DNA of 63,122 nucleotides, the filler included, from Octopus bimaculoides (Eukaryota), in NCBI RefSeq assembly GCF_001194135.2. It is 4 parts of 4 records of this genome, joined end to end, with 100 filler letters (N's around TTAATTAATTAA, not from the genome) between each part and the next. Parts side by side here need not be neighbours in the genome. Positions count along the whole stretch, not along the records: positions 1 to 17,867 come from NC_068986.1; 3 more parts are not named here. One strand, 5' to 3'. Positions within the stretch are counted from its first letter, which is position 1. Every line of letters begins with the position of its first letter. Position numbers and translations under genes: made by a program. The notes under the pieces were generated by a model. That model made no database searches. It was not told the DNA's origin and was given only the letters and a program-made list of their open reading frames with translations. Below, one piece after another: positions 1 to 13,888 of this stretch.

Positions 1-486
1 ATATATATAAATTGTAAATCCCCAACATAACAACAAAACTACAAAGGATTCCGCGGTACACGTGTTTCAAGCTTTACATGTGTATAATATAATATAACAT
101 AATATAATATGTGTATAATTTACAATGTAAAGCTATCCTCAGCCGCAAAATTATCTCTCTCCCAGGAAATTATACCATCTCGGCGTTGAAGTAGGAAGAA
201 ATGTGTGATGTAAGAGGTGAAGATCCTTTCGGTATTCTGTATAGTACTATATCTCGTATAATTCTCCACCCAGACATAATCTCTCCGGTCCTCCGAAAAC
301 CTTCCATATACACACACACACATGATGAGTTTCTTTCAGTTTCCGTCTATCAAACCGCTCACAAGGCTTTGATCAGCCTGAAGTTATGGTAGAAGACACT
401 TGCCCAAATTGTCATGCAGTGGGACTGAATCAAGAACCATGTGGTTAGGAAGCAAGCTTCTTACCACCCAGCCACACCTGTATATC

Positions 487-524
<38 letters not shown>

Positions 525-534
525 CATACACACA

Positions 535-624
<90 letters not shown>

Positions 625-659
625 TGTGGATATGAGTGTTGTCTGTATATGTATTTTTA

Positions 660-1015
660 CATATATAGACCAAAAAAGAAATTCAAAGACACGCTCAAGA
701 CAACCTTGAGAAAGTGTAACTTGGAGCAGTCTACTAGGGAACATTTTGCTCAAGATTGTTCCCTATGGTATAGTGTTGTGCACTTTGGAGTATTGCACTT
801 AGAACCAGAAATGATCAAAGAAACTAGAGAGAGGAGGGGGTGTAGAGAAAGCATGAATCCCGCCAGGTCCTGATTCTACTACCATTTGCACCCACTATAA
901 CATGGATTTTATAGCTAGTTAATGTTAGACTAATAAGCCACCTCCAGATCCACAAAGATTAAAACTGCTAACCTGGTCATCTTCAAGAGACATGAAGGAT
1001 CAACTTCACATAAAT
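660..1015 (+). mobile_element. RTE-type LINE extreme C-terminus remnant
   Basis: RPKKKFKDTLKTTLRKCNL...EHFAQDCSLW resembles the RTE ORF end. Confidence 0.6.
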
Positions 1016-1020
1016 GTGTT

Positions 1021-1075
<55 letters not shown>

Positions 1076-1842
1076 TATGTGTGTCTGTGTGTATGCGTGA
1101 GTGAGTGTGTGTTGTGTGTGTGTGCGCGTGCATGCATGAGTGTTTCTAATTTTATCACTGATTTGGTCCCCTTTTTGTTTAAAAAAAAAAAAAANNNNNN
1201 NNNNNNNNNNNNNNNNNNNNNNNNNNNNNNNNNNNNNNNNNNNNNNNNNNNNNNNNNNNNNNNNNNNNNNNNNNNNNNNNNNNNNNNNNNNNNNNNNNNN
1301 NNNNNNNNNNNNNNNNNNNNNNNNNNNNNNNNNNNNNNNNNNNNNNNNNNNNNNNNNNNNNNNNNNNNNNNNNNNNNNNNNNNNNNNNNNNNNNNNNNNN
1401 NNNNNNNNNNNNNNNNNNNNNNNNNNNNNNNNNNNNNNNNNNNNNNNNNNNNNNNNNNNNNNNNNNNNNNNNNNNNNNNNNNNNNNNNNNNNNNNNNNNN
1501 NNNNNNNNNNNNNNNNNNNNNNNNNNNNNNNNNNNNNNNNNNNNNNNNNNNNNNNNNNNNNNNNNNNNNNNNNNNNNNNNNNNNNNNNNNNNTAGAGTAC
1601 TTAAGTTGGATATGAACTCTATCCTTGAAGAGAAGTACTTTATTAACTGTTTAAAAATATTATCTTTTACTTGTTCCAGTCATTAGATTATAACCATGCC
1701 AGGGCACTGCCTTCGAGAATCTTTAGTTGAATGTATTGACCCCCAGGACCTTTTTTTTTTAAAAACCTGGTACTTATTCTATTGGTTCCTTTTGCAAAAC
1801 TGCCAAGTTACAGAGACATAAAGACACCAACACTAGTTGTCA

Positions 1843-1882
<40 letters not shown>

Positions 1883-2199
1883 CACTGTGCTTCTTTCAGT
1901 CTTTGTCTACCAAATACACTCACAAGGCTTTGGTTGATCTGAGGCTACAGTAGAAAACACTTGCCCAAAGTGCCATGCAGCGTGACTGAACCCTGAACCA
2001 TGTAGCTGAGAAGCAAGCTTCTTACCACACAGCCACATCTGTACCTATAAACAGAATTATTCATGAAGGTAATTAGTGGTGGTGCTGGCATTTTGTAAGA
2101 TTCGGCAACAGTTATTATATAACAAAATTGAAATGTTTAACTCATACTCGTATGGTAAGGCGGACTTATAATTCTGATGCTGATGAATATCTGGAAGGT

Positions 2200-2545
2200 T
2201 GTGCAATATTGTTCATGTGTATCTGTCACTTACAAAGTCAGTCCTCTCCATTAGTTTTCCTCTGATCTCATTACATCTCTTGAGCATCCATAGCTTACAC
2301 TAGGTATAAGATATAGAATTTCTACCTTCTATATTTATGCACTTTGGGCCACGCCATTTCCCTAATGGTAGCAAGGTCTCGCTTTCCTACTTAATAACAC
2401 TTTAGTCTGTGTTATATTTCCTTCAAGGCTTCTCGATTTTATGTTTTACTTCCATATTTGGAATTTCCTCTATAATTTTAGTGCAGATTCTGCTATAGAA
2501 ACTAAATTATCAACATGCAGTACAGCTGCCATGATGAAATGCATC
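2200..2545 (-). mobile_element. RTE-type LINE RT remnant (same family as 12.1-13.3 kb)
   Basis: Degenerate SRSLEGNITQTKVLL and GKWRGPKC segments parallel the KTKIL/GKWPC region. Confidence 0.55.
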
Positions 2546-3494
2546 CAATACACCTTAGAATGGTTGGCAAATTAGCTGCCAGACTTCGTGCTTAGTAGTA
2601 TTTCATCTGTCTTTACATTCTGAGTTTGAATTCTGCTGAGGTCTACTCTGCTCTTCATCTTTTCAGTATCGATGGAATAAGTACCAGCTGTACACTGGGG
2701 TTGATGTAATCAACTTAACCCCCCCACCCTCAAAATTGCTGGTTTTGTGCCAAAGTTTGAAAATTTGAAATTAACTGAGACAACACACGTCCAAGAAAAC
2801 CTTCTAGTCTTATCTTTTCAAACACATAGCAACTTATCCAGTACTGATGTTGTGACAAAATATACCCAGTACACTCTGTAAAGGAGTGAGTATTAGGAAT
2901 GATATCTTGTTATAGAAATGATGCCAAAACTAGGACGTACAAGTGAGATATGATTTTCCCGCCTATCTAGGAGAGCAGGAACTCTGAATAAAAATAGCAT
3001 ATTGAAATGTGTTAAGGAAATGGCCTTGGTGGTTGTGGTGTTAGTGTTGGTGGTAGATGATGATGACAATGATGATTGATGAGAACAGCAATAACAATGA
3101 TGATGAAAAATATTTTTTACATTCACACATAGAACACACATACAGCAAACACAAACACAATTTTTTTAAAAATCACATGTGAATACACACAAGCACACAT
3201 AATTTTTTCTGAAACTATAAGTGAAAAAAAAAATGTTGCTTTTCACTATTATAATAAGATGAAAAATAGACACAAAAGTATGTAAATGATGTACAGTAAC
3301 TTGTATACACATGTCTCCTCACATAAACACATACATAATATATATATACTTACATATATATACATACATACATACATACATACATATATGTATATGTATA
3401 TATATGAGTGTGAGTGTGTGTCTCCATGTATACACATGTACACTTCCACATACACATTCATACCTTCACACATACATACACATGCACATATATT

Positions 3495-3548
<54 letters not shown>

Positions 3549-4045
3549 TGAGTGAGACAGTGAGGGAGAGAGAGAGAGGGAGCAAGGAATCATGTGAGAA
3601 GGAAAAGAAAACCCCGCTATCTTGGCTGGTTTGTGACACAAGCTATTTCTTACCATAAGATGTTAATAACATTAATGATATTTTTTTTAATTCAAATCTA
3701 GGACTGNNNNNNNNNNNNNNNNNNNNNNNNNNNNNNNNNNNNNNNNNNNNNNNNNNNNNNNNNNNNNNNNNNNNNNNNNNNNNNNNNNNNNNNNNNNNNN
3801 NNNNNNNNNNNNNNNNNNNNNNNNNNNNNNNNNNNNNNNNNNNNNNNNNNNNNNNNNNNNNNNNNNNNNNNNNNNNNNNNNNNNNNNNNNNNNNNNNNNN
3901 NNNNNNNNNNNNNNNNNNNNNNNNNNNNNNNNNNNNNNNNNNNNNNNNNNNNNNNNNNNNNNNNNNNNNNNNNNNNNNNNNNNNNNNNNNNNNNNNNNNN
4001 NNNNNNNNNNNNNNNNNNNNNNNNNNNNNNNNNNNNNNNNNNNNN

Positions 4046-4380
4046 GAGCAAATCGACCCCAGGACTTATTCTTTATAAGCCTAGTACCTATTCTATCGGT
4101 TTCTTTTGCCGAACCGCTAAGTTACGGGGACGTAAACACACCAGCATCAGTTGTCAAGCGAAGTTGGGGGGACAAACACAGACACACAAACATACATATA
4201 TATATATATATATATACTTATATACGACGGGCTTCTTTCAGTTTCCGTCTACCAAATCCACTCACAAGGCTTTGGTCAGCCCGAGGCTATAGTAGAAGAC
4301 ACTTGCCCAAGGTGCCACGCAGTGGGACTGAACCCAGAACCATGTGGTTGGCAAGCAAGCTACTTACCACACAGCCACTC
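4046..4380 (-). mobile_element. tRNA-derived SINE family A (head + internal microsatellite + tail), representative copy
   Basis: Head gtggctgtgtggtaag...ggttcagtcccactgcgtggcaccttgggcaagtgtcttctactatagcc. Other full or partial copies at ~326-478, 1660-2036, 4420-4600, 5560-5716, 11859-12000(+), 16160-16543, 18030-18183, 22320-22545(+), 26050-26200(+), 35125-35275, 41598-41695, 55560-55740, 61110-61320(+). Confidence 0.85.
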
Positions 4381-4858
4381 CTGTGCCTATACAAAATATA
4401 TTTATATTTTTTGCTTTTTTCTGTCATGGGTCTGCAACCATACTGGGGCACCACTTTCAAGAATCTAAATTGAACACATTGACCCCAGCATTGACCCCCA
4501 CCCCTGGTACTTATTCTATTGGTTTCTTTTTGCCAAACCACTATGTTATGGAGACTAAACGCACCAACACTGGCTGTCAAAGGGTAGTGGTGAATAAAGA
4601 CAAACAGAAAGACACACATTTTGACATATACATACGTATATACATACATACAAGTACACATACATATACATTTAAATTTAATGCACAATATATGGGTTTA
4701 ACTAATCTGGTGGTACTCATAAAAAAAGCTGCTTTAATGGATCAAAAGCTACAAATCATATAGTAAACTAAAAAAAAACAAACAAAGGGATGTAATGTAT
4801 AGTCTGATGCAGTTGAAATCCAATAAATAAATCCAATTGATAATGATTATTTCATTAG

Positions 4859-4888
4859 GAGTGCATAAAATATAAAGAAAGAGTGGAG
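4859..4888 (+). CDS. Candidate 30-nt exon (ECIKYKERVE)
   Basis: ttatttcattag|GAG...GAG|gtaaat; only one open frame. Confidence 0.3.
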
Positions 4889-4946
4889 GTAAATGCATGT
4901 CAACTGATGAAATAAATACATTCATTTTATACCTCCTTTCTTTATA

Positions 4947-4993
<47 letters not shown>

Positions 4994-5929
4994 ACACACA
5001 CACACACACACANNNNNNNNNNNNNNNNNNNNNNNNNNNNNNNNNNNNNNNNNNNNNNNNNNNNNNNNNNNNNNNNNNNNNNNNNNNNNNNNNNNNNNNN
5101 NNNNNNNNNNNNNNNNNNNNNNNNNNNNNNNNNNNNNNNNNNNNNNNNNNNNNNNNNNNNNNNNNNNNNNNNNNNNNNNNNNNNNNNNNNNNNNNNNNNN
5201 NNNNNNNNNNNNNNNNNNNNNNNNNNNNNNNNNNNNNNNNNNNNNNNNNNNNNNNNNNNNNNNNNNNNNNNNNNNNNNNNNNNNNNNNNNNNNNNNNNNN
5301 NNNNNNNNNNNNNNNNNNNNNNNNNNNNNNNNNNNNNNNNNNNNNNNNNNNNNNNNNNNNNNNNNNNNNNNNNNNNNNNNNNNNNNNNNNNNNNNNNNNN
5401 NNNNNNNNNNNATAGTAAATTCAAACAATAAAAACAACAAAAAACAACAAAAAACAACAAAAAACAACAACGTGAGGACGTGATACAAATATTGTGTTAC
5501 TGGACGCTCAGGAAAGGAAAGAAAGAGAATACACACACACACACACGCACGATGTATATGATGGACTTCTTTCTGTTTCTGTCAACCAAATCTACTCACA
5601 AGGCTTTTGTTGGCCCAGGGCTATTGTAGAAGACTCTTGTCCAGAGTGTCATGTAGTAGGACTGAACCCAAAACTATAGGTTGGGAAGGCAGCTTCTTAC
5701 CAGCCAGCCAGCCATGCCTGTGCCTAAAATATGGAATGCTTCCGCAAATTTTGTGTATATTAATAAAAAGTTTTAATGGTGGAACTTGAAGTAGATAGAG
5801 CTATAAATAACAGCATGTAGAAAATTGGGTTAAAAAAACTCTTGGTAAGAAAAACAGTTGATAGTTGCCCTTTGTATATGACAGATGTGTTACTGTTATA
5901 CAATGGTTGTACATTTGTCATGTTTACAG

Positions 5930-5980
5930 AAGATGTGGGTCTGAGTTCCATGGGCAGCCATCAGTATTATTTTGTCAAAG
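5930..5980 (+). CDS. Candidate 51-nt exon of an unidentified plus-strand gene
   Basis: tttgtcatgtttacag|AAG...AAAG|gttttt (weak donor). Two open frames: DVGLSSMGSHQYYFVK or RCGSEFHGQPSVLFCQ. Confidence 0.3.
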
Positions 5981-6121
5981 GTTTTTTTTTTTAACTCAAT
6001 ATAATACATGTTATTAATTATAGCTCTAGCTACTTTAAATCTAGTGTTAATATGATTTATTTCATATCACTTAAAGTTTCAGAAAACAAAATATTTCTTT
6101 TTAATTGTTACAATATAAGCA

Positions 6122-6150
<29 letters not shown>

Positions 6151-6169
<19 letters not shown>

Positions 6170-6260
6170 CATTTAAAATACAGAGATGCCTATAATAGGA
6201 CAGCGGGTTAGATGTCCTATTATAGGCATCTCTGTATTTTAAATGAATAATATATATATA
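6151..6260. repeat. Perfect ~48-bp inverted repeat (hairpin/mini-MITE)
   Basis: tattattcatttaaaatacagagatgcctataataggaca-gcgggttaga-tgtcctattataggcatctctgtattttaaatgaataata. Confidence 0.9.
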
Positions 6261-6534
6261 GTCTATTGACTAATTTTTATTCTCGCTGGACCACTGGTGG
6301 TAAATTAAATTTCTAAAATTTGTTTTGCTGCCCTATGATTTATTAATAATGATATATATATATATATATATACATACATATATGTATGTATGTATTTATG
6401 TATGTATGTATGTATGTATGTGTGTATGTTTGTATGTATGTATGTATGTTTGTGTGTATACATATATATACATGTGTGTGTGTATATATCATCATCATCG
6501 TTTAATGTCCACCTTCCATGCTAGCATGAAGGAA

Positions 6535-7495
6535 ATAGGAAATAGAGTTGGCAAGAATCCTTATTCATCACAACAATCACTTTGACTCATCCTGCATCAG
6601 TCTCTTGTGGGTGGGATACTGTATATTTGGTTGCGCTGCATCGTCCAATGCAGAATGCATCTTATCGGCTGTCTCATTTTAAATAAGTTACTTTGCTAAA
6701 TATACTCGGTTTCACTTGGCATGCTGTTGTTGCCAGTAGGGTGTTGGCTATAATGGTAGGGGATGGATACAATTTCCGGGGTTATAACCAGTTAATGGGT
6801 CTGGCTATAATTCATAGTGAATAGGTGAGATAGAGTAAAGTAATAAAAGATAAAAAAATAAAAAATTAAAAAATGACAAAGGATAAGAATTTTCTGTAAC
6901 CAACTGTAAACTGACCACACAATGGCGTGACAGATAGATACTCTTTGTTTGCCTCTAATAAGACCATCTTAGTAATTTATGACCATATAAAATGACATCT
7001 CTGTAAGTGTGTGAGCATGGGTGTGTGTGTATGTACATCTATATATGTTTCTGTCAACACTATATACTTATCATCTATATATGTTTCTGTCAACACTATA
7101 TACTTATCATTCTTCATTTTATCTTTTAATTCTTATCCTTTGTCAACTTTGTTTTTTGTTCTTATTTTCTATTTATTATCTTTTATTACTTTACTCTATC
7201 TCATGTATTCAGTATTAACTATAACCAGACTCATTAACCCGGTTATAACCCAAAAATTGTATCCATCTCCTCTCATTATAGCCAACAACCTACTAGCAGC
7301 AACAACATGCTAAGTGAAACTGAGTATATTTAGCGAAGTATCTTAGTTAAAACAAGACAGCAGATGAGATGCATTCTGCACTGGAGGATGCAATACAACC
7401 AGTTGTACAGTATCCCATCCTCAAGGGACCAATGTAGGATGGGTCGAAATGATTGTTGTGATGAATAAAGATTCTTGCCAACTCCATTTACCACT
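6535..7495. mobile_element. Old fold-back element with ~360-bp inverted arms
   Basis: 6535-6895 aligns to the reverse complement of 7125-7495 (roughly 80% by eye); the spacer holds a ~33-bp direct duplication. Confidence 0.7.
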
Positions 7496-8459
7496 TCTCT
7501 CGTTCTTTATAAACTCAACGAACACTGCAGAATTCCTGAGGTGACACTTATATCAAAATCGTGGATGACATCAGGTAGCCTAAAAAGTGGAAGTGTTTTA
7601 ATCGGCATACAACTAACCAAATACCCAAGGCCCAAATAATTACTTTTATATANNNNNNNNNNNNNNNNNNNNNNNNNNNNNNNNNNNNNNNNNNNNNNNN
7701 NNNNNNNNNNNNNNNNNNNNNNNNNNNNNNNNNNNNNNNNNNNNNNNNNNNNNNNNNNNNNNNNNNNNNNNNNNNNNNNNNNNNNNNNNNNNNNNNNNNN
7801 NNNNNNNNNNNNNNNNNNNNNNNNNNNNNNNNNCACTTTATTTAAAAGCAGCAGAAATATAACAAAAGCTGTTACTCAGAGTTTCACATATAGCAATGAG
7901 AAAATGAAGGAGAATATGCGGTATCCATCGACTTGCAGACAATGTATTCCATTGATTAATCTGTTTATTTTATAACTAAATTGACAAAAACCACAATATA
8001 CAGATACTTATTACATACCAAGTCATATTAACAATTAAGGTTACAAATATAAAGGATATTTAGGAATTGGAGAAGGGACAGAAACTTACAGCTGTTTCGG
8101 CTTAGCGTTGGCATGCCCCATTCTATCTCTATAGCTCCTGTACACCGGAGTAATTAGTAGATGAAAATGATGTAATGGGGGTACATGCATGATTCGCTCG
8201 AGGCCACTCAATCACACCTGCAGCATGAATTTAATTGGTACAAACTAAATTAAATCAAATTCTGTGTTCCTCTGAACTCAATAAAGCATTTGTCTAGCAT
8301 ACAGTACTAGGCTGAACTTCCTTATAGAAGCTATTTATAACAAAATGTAACCTAGATCAGCAAATAGTAACCACAGATAACGTCAGTATCAGCAATAACT
8401 ATTTGTTATTTAGACTAAAAGCCACAGTGGAGATGAGTAAATGGTCTGGTCCTTATATA

Positions 8460-8678
8460 CAGGGTGGGCTAAAAGTCATGCACCAAAACATTAGAGATTT
8501 TATTTATGTTGTTGCCATTGTTATTTATTTATTTATTTTGTTCATAATGTACAAGTACGTGTGTATTCATCATTATTTTATTCAATTTTAGATAGATTGA
8601 AGCTTCATTTTTTTTCTAAAATTTTCTTTGACTATTCCAAAACACATTGAACTTATTTTGTGTATGACTTTTGGCCCA
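8460..8678. mobile_element. Tc1/mariner-type MITE
   Basis: TA then cagggtgggctaaaagtcatgcac; the right end gtgtatgacttttggccca is its reverse complement with the terminal bases lost. Confidence 0.6.
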
Positions 8679-9246
8679 TATAGGGCAAGTGGAAAAGGCT
8701 CACTATTGCTGATATGATACAAACCATAGTTCTCAGACTTGTAGACTAACACTGTTGCAGACTAAGTGATGCCAGCAAAACAGTTTGACCTCATTAATAA
8801 AGTTTTTAGTAAAGGAAATAAAGTTAATAATATTTTTTTAAAACTGGTTTTCTTCTCCAACTGATGTAGATTTAAACTGTTACAAAAAATACTAATTGAG
8901 TTTTAACTTGAAATTAGTATCTCTGCCATCTTATTGTTACTTCAGTTGTATCTAGCTGTAATTGCACAAGGAAAAAATAGAGCCTATGAGCTTCATTTAA
9001 TTTGAAGTTTGTAAAGTTAAAGAATATTTTGAATAAAATTATATGATGTCTAGAAATTCAGTAAAGAAAAAAATAAATAGAATCAACATGATATTTAATT
9101 TCTATTTTTATTGCTACTGATGAAAACTGCCTCTTAGTACATGTTAGATAAGATTGATAAATAGTTTGGTAGCATACAGTTTGAATTGTGTCAAGCACTG
9201 TCAGCCTTCCATTCCTTCATCCTTTTGTGACCACTATATTAAATAG

Positions 9247-9276
9247 CAGTAGTCAGAAAGTAGACCATTTCTGGTG
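9247..9276 (+). CDS. Candidate small exon (acceptor ambiguous: 9205, 9247 or 9257)
   Basis: Pyrimidine tract, a cluster of AG dinucleotides, and a strong donor TG|GTGAGT at 9276/9277. Confidence 0.3.
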
Positions 9277-12119
9277 GTGAGTTAAGTTTTGTTTCCTCAA
9301 TCAACTGCATTTGTGTCAGTAGTTCAATTTGCACTAACTGCTATCAACATCACTAAGCAATAGTAATAATAATAATTTTTTTATCAAAACAGATTGTTCT
9401 TGTTTTTTTTTATAAAGAGAGGAGTGGGATTGATTGAATGATCTTAATGTATTTTACTGGTACTTATTTTATTAACTTAGACAAAATGAAAAGCAAAGTT
9501 GACCCTAATAGGATTTGAACTCATAACATAAAAAAGGTAAGCTTGAATATTGCAAGAGATTTAAGTCTAATTTTCAACTCATTCATTTCTTCCAACTCAC
9601 CGTGCTATCAATATCAATAATAAAAGCTATGATAATGACAACAACAACAATAACATCAACAACAATAGCAACAGTAACATCAAACAACAATAACCAATGC
9701 CAACAAAGCAGCCTCTACATGGTTTTTCAATCTGCTAGATCATCATCATCGTCATCATCATCATCGCTGTGAAAAAGCCCACTACCACCACCACCACCCC
9801 ATCATCATCATCACCATCAGCATTAAGTTAAGACTAATGAGTAACTTGGACTCTTGAAATGACACCTTTGAAATAACACCCATCTATATGCCAAAGTACA
9901 GCTCACCAAAGCTAGCATAACCAGTGTCCTTCTTCAAGATATTCACATATGTCATCCTCTGAGTGCTAGATGTGGTGTTACTATACATAAACTTTCAGAA
10001 GACAAATTTTGAAGTGATGAGGTCAAGATGGTACAGGCTGTGGCCAGTTAGCCCGTCTCTATTGTTGTAGCCATTTACAATAGATGAGAGTAGGTGCTAG
10101 AATATTCCACTTCTGTATTTAAAGCATATGAGTAAATGTATCCAGTTTATTGTAAATAGCTAACTACCAGCCTCCAACCAAAGTATACCATAATGAACCA
10201 GGACCAGAAGTAGCAACACTGATTTAATATAGATACTGCAGAATGCACTGGACTTTTAAAGATTTAACTTTTAGTGGTGTTTTCTGGATCCTTGTTGAAT
10301 AGCCAAGAAATTCAGAGAAGTGATTTCTTCTTCAGTAACCTGATCAAAACTGGACTGCTGCTGCTTGCACATTTGCTGAGCACAACTTTCAGCATGTCAC
10401 TATATCAATAAAACAGTTATCAGAGAACTTAGAGCTTGCTTGGATTCTTTAACAAGGTAAAACTGTGGATCTCACCAAAGGAACTCTTTTCAGCGGAATA
10501 AGAACTTGGCTGATTTCTTCTAGAAACTGGTCATCTGGTCATATATTTTCCATTGCAAGTGTCAATTTGAGTGCATGGATAGTTGATACATGCTCAGTGA
10601 TGAGTAACATTAATTAGTGACCTACCTTTGACTTTAAACAATCCAAGGGTTTAAACAATCTAAGCAGAACTTCTCTAAGTTCAGAGAGTCATGCAAATAA
10701 AAATTATCTCCTTCACAAGTGATGCTCAGACATTTGGTTAGTCGCAGTGCAAAGGAGAGACCTAATTGCATGTAACAATACTCTTAAAATGTTATTCAAC
10801 TAATTTTCTGGCAGCTTTCTTGAATAAAGGTAAGGCAAGTGTTATTTTCTTGATAGACATTTTTTAGACATTCTAGTTGACTGTTTCTAGTTGGTAGGCT
10901 GGTACAGAGTTGCTTAGTTTAACTCTTTAGCATTCAGATTACTCTATCGAATGTATTGCTTATTTATTCATTCACATTGTTTTGAATTAAGCATGCATTA
11001 TCTCATAGCTTTGAGATTTCGATGATGTGTTTGCTTATTTTGTAGAGTAAGTGTGGGAAGCTAGATTTAGCCAGTTTGAACATAAACCAGGTGGAATATT
11101 TGGGTCAGATATTATGGCCGGTTTAAATGCTAAATACTATTCTCCAAAAAAGTACAAATATTTTGAGGCATAAATTAAGACACTTTGTTTGAGTAAATTG
11201 AAGCTGGAGCACTGAACATGAAGAATATATTTTGAAAACAAGCAAATTACTATAGAAGCTATCATATATAAACATGCAAAAACAAAAGGTAAATTTTGAC
11301 TAGTCATCTATTACTAGAAATGTGTAGTAGTAAGAAATAGACAATGACTGAGGGTTTTCTAAGTTAACACTAAGATATTTAGATGGTTGCATGAAGCTGA
11401 TAAATTTGATAGAGGAATATGACAGAATCATGTCTTCAATTCCAAGCATGCAATGCATTTGTCACATATTTTCATATCTTCTGATGAAACTTGTAAGTTC
11501 TTCACTCTGGTATAATGCCATAAATGAATCAGTGATCAATGACACAAAGGTTTATGTAAATTTGTAATTCCAGGAGATTATAGAACATCATCTTCTAAGA
11601 GTATCAATAGCAGTGTTGTCATTGCTGGTTGTGTGCCAGGTACCATAACTATAGTCCAATAAATTTATGTGTCAATGAAAAATTTTCTCATTCGTTATTT
11701 TTCCTCTACTTTGAGATGTAACATGAATATGAATGAGATTACTTGAAAATCAGTGTACTTACTGATGAAACAATGGAAGGTAACTATGGCAATATTGAAG
11801 TCAATGCATGGAAGATTGAAGATGCCAGTATTTTAGGTGTAGGCGTGGTAGGTGTATGCATGGCTATGTGCTTAAGTTTGCCTCCCAACCACATGGTGTT
11901 GGGTTCAATCTCATTGTGTGAAACTTTAGGCAAGTGTCTTCCACTGTAGCCCTGAGCTGACCAAAACCTTGTTAGTGGATTTGGTAAACTGAAACTGAAA
12001 TGATGGTAATGTTGATGAGTTGCATTATTGTTACATCTTTAGATGTAACAACAATATGCAGAGATAAATATATTTATTTAGGTTAGTTTGCACTTAAGTG
12101 AACATTGGCTATTCTCCAG

Positions 12120-13330
12120 GAAACATCATCATCATCATTTAACATCCATTTTCCATGCTGGCATGGGTTGGACAGCTTGACAAGAACTGGCAAGGTCAGA
12201 GGCCACACCAGGTTCCATAGTCTGTTTTGGCTTGGTTTCCACAGCTGGATGTCCTTCCTAACACCAGTCACATTACAGAGTGTACTGAGTGCTCATTGCA
12301 TGGCATCATCACCAGTGCTTTTTTATATGGCACCATCACCAGTGCTTTTTATGTGGCACCAGCACCAGTGCTTTTTACATGGCACCAGCACCTACACCAA
12401 TGCCTTTTACATGGTACTTTGGTTTTAGGATCTCAATTTTGTTGCGGTGGCTTGGTCTTTTTGAGTGTGCCACATATCTTGATTCTCCATCATCTCCTTT
12501 ATAAGGCTCAGTATTTAAAAATTGGCCTTCAATACTTCATTTCATGTCTTCCTGGGTCTCCCTCTTCCATGACTTCTCTCCACTTTAAGTGATTGGCACT
12601 TGTTTATGCAACTGTCCCCGTCCATCTACATCACATAACCAAACCAGAACAGTCTCCTCTCTTGCACACTTCATATAATTCCTCTTATGCCTATTGTTCC
12701 TCTCAGTATACTAGTGCTCTGTTACACTATTGTGCATCCAGCAGAGCACACCAGCTTTGTTCTTTTCTAGTCTTCAAATATCCTCTACATTCAGGGCCCA
12801 AGTCTCACTACCATGTAGCATTGCAGTTCGTACACATGTATCATACAATCCTTTTTTCCACTCAGGGAGAGAGAGAGCTTTGGTTTTCAACAGGTAAAAT
12901 CACTGTGAACTTTCTCCATCCTATTCTTATTCTATTAATTACACTTTCTGTACAACCTCCTCCACTGATAATTAGGTCACCTAAGTAGCAAAAATTATCT
13001 ACAACTTCCAGAGAGTCTCTAGAACGTTTGAGGAAATCAGTTTCCTGTTTATCTATGGTCTTTATGGCTCCTGTACATCTTCCACGTGCAAACACTACTT
13101 TCTCTATTAACCTTCCTACTATTCCAGTGCACTTCTTGTGTGTCCATAGTTTGCACTGGGTACTCTGGATGGAATTTTTGCCTACACCCTTCCTACATAT
13201 TGAGCATGGCCATTTACCTGAAGGGTGAAGAATCTTGTCCAATTTCTTGCTTACAAGGATCTTGGTCTTTATCACATATTTGCTAAACTATTCTGGTAAA
13301 TGCTCTTACATGGGAAAATGTATGTTACTA
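12120..13330 (-). mobile_element. RTE-type LINE, 3' portion (RT C-terminus with Cys-rich insert, 3'UTR, (GAT)n tail)
   Basis: KTKIL...GKWPCSICRKGVGKNSI...WTHKKC...VDNFCYLGD...RIRIGWRKF, followed by degenerate LHGSETW and GRGRPRKT motifs. ~26-bp tandem repeats at 12303-12418. Confidence 0.85.
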
Positions 13331-13398
13331 TAGCCCCAGGCCAACCAAAACCTTGTAAGCAGATTTAGTAGATGGAAACTGAAAGAATCTTATATGTA

Positions 13399-13452
<54 letters not shown>

Positions 13453-13464
13453 CCATCATCATCC

Positions 13465-13700
13465 TCCTCCTCATCATCATCATCATCATTTAACGTCTGC
13501 TTTTCATGCTGGTATGGGTTAGATGGTTTGACTGGAACTGATAAGCCAGGGAGCTGCACCAGATTCCAATCTGATTTGGCATGGTTTCTACAGCTGGAAG
13601 CCCTTCTTAATGCCAACCACTCCAAGAGTGTAATGGATGCTTTTTACATGCTACTGGCACAGGTACCATTTAGATGCACTAATAACAGCCACAACTATGA
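13465..13700 (-). mobile_element. 3' end of the same RTE family (truncated copy)
   Basis: Similar to 12120-12300 (catcatcatttaac...catgctgg...tggtttc.acagctgga). Confidence 0.65.
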
Positions 13701-13845
13701 TTTCATGTGTCCTATTTACACAACACTGACATTGACTATGATTTCATTTGGCTTGACAAGTCTCCTCAAGCACAGCTATCTAGCTACCAATAAATCTATC
13801 TATCTATTTATCTGTTATCTATATATCTGTATATCTATCTGTCTG

Positions 13846-13888
<43 letters not shown>

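Noticed and set aside
12303-12418. Regularly spaced ~26-bp repeats, superficially CRISPR-like
   Set aside because: No unique spacers, eukaryotic context, and located in a LINE 3'UTR; a simple tandem repeat.
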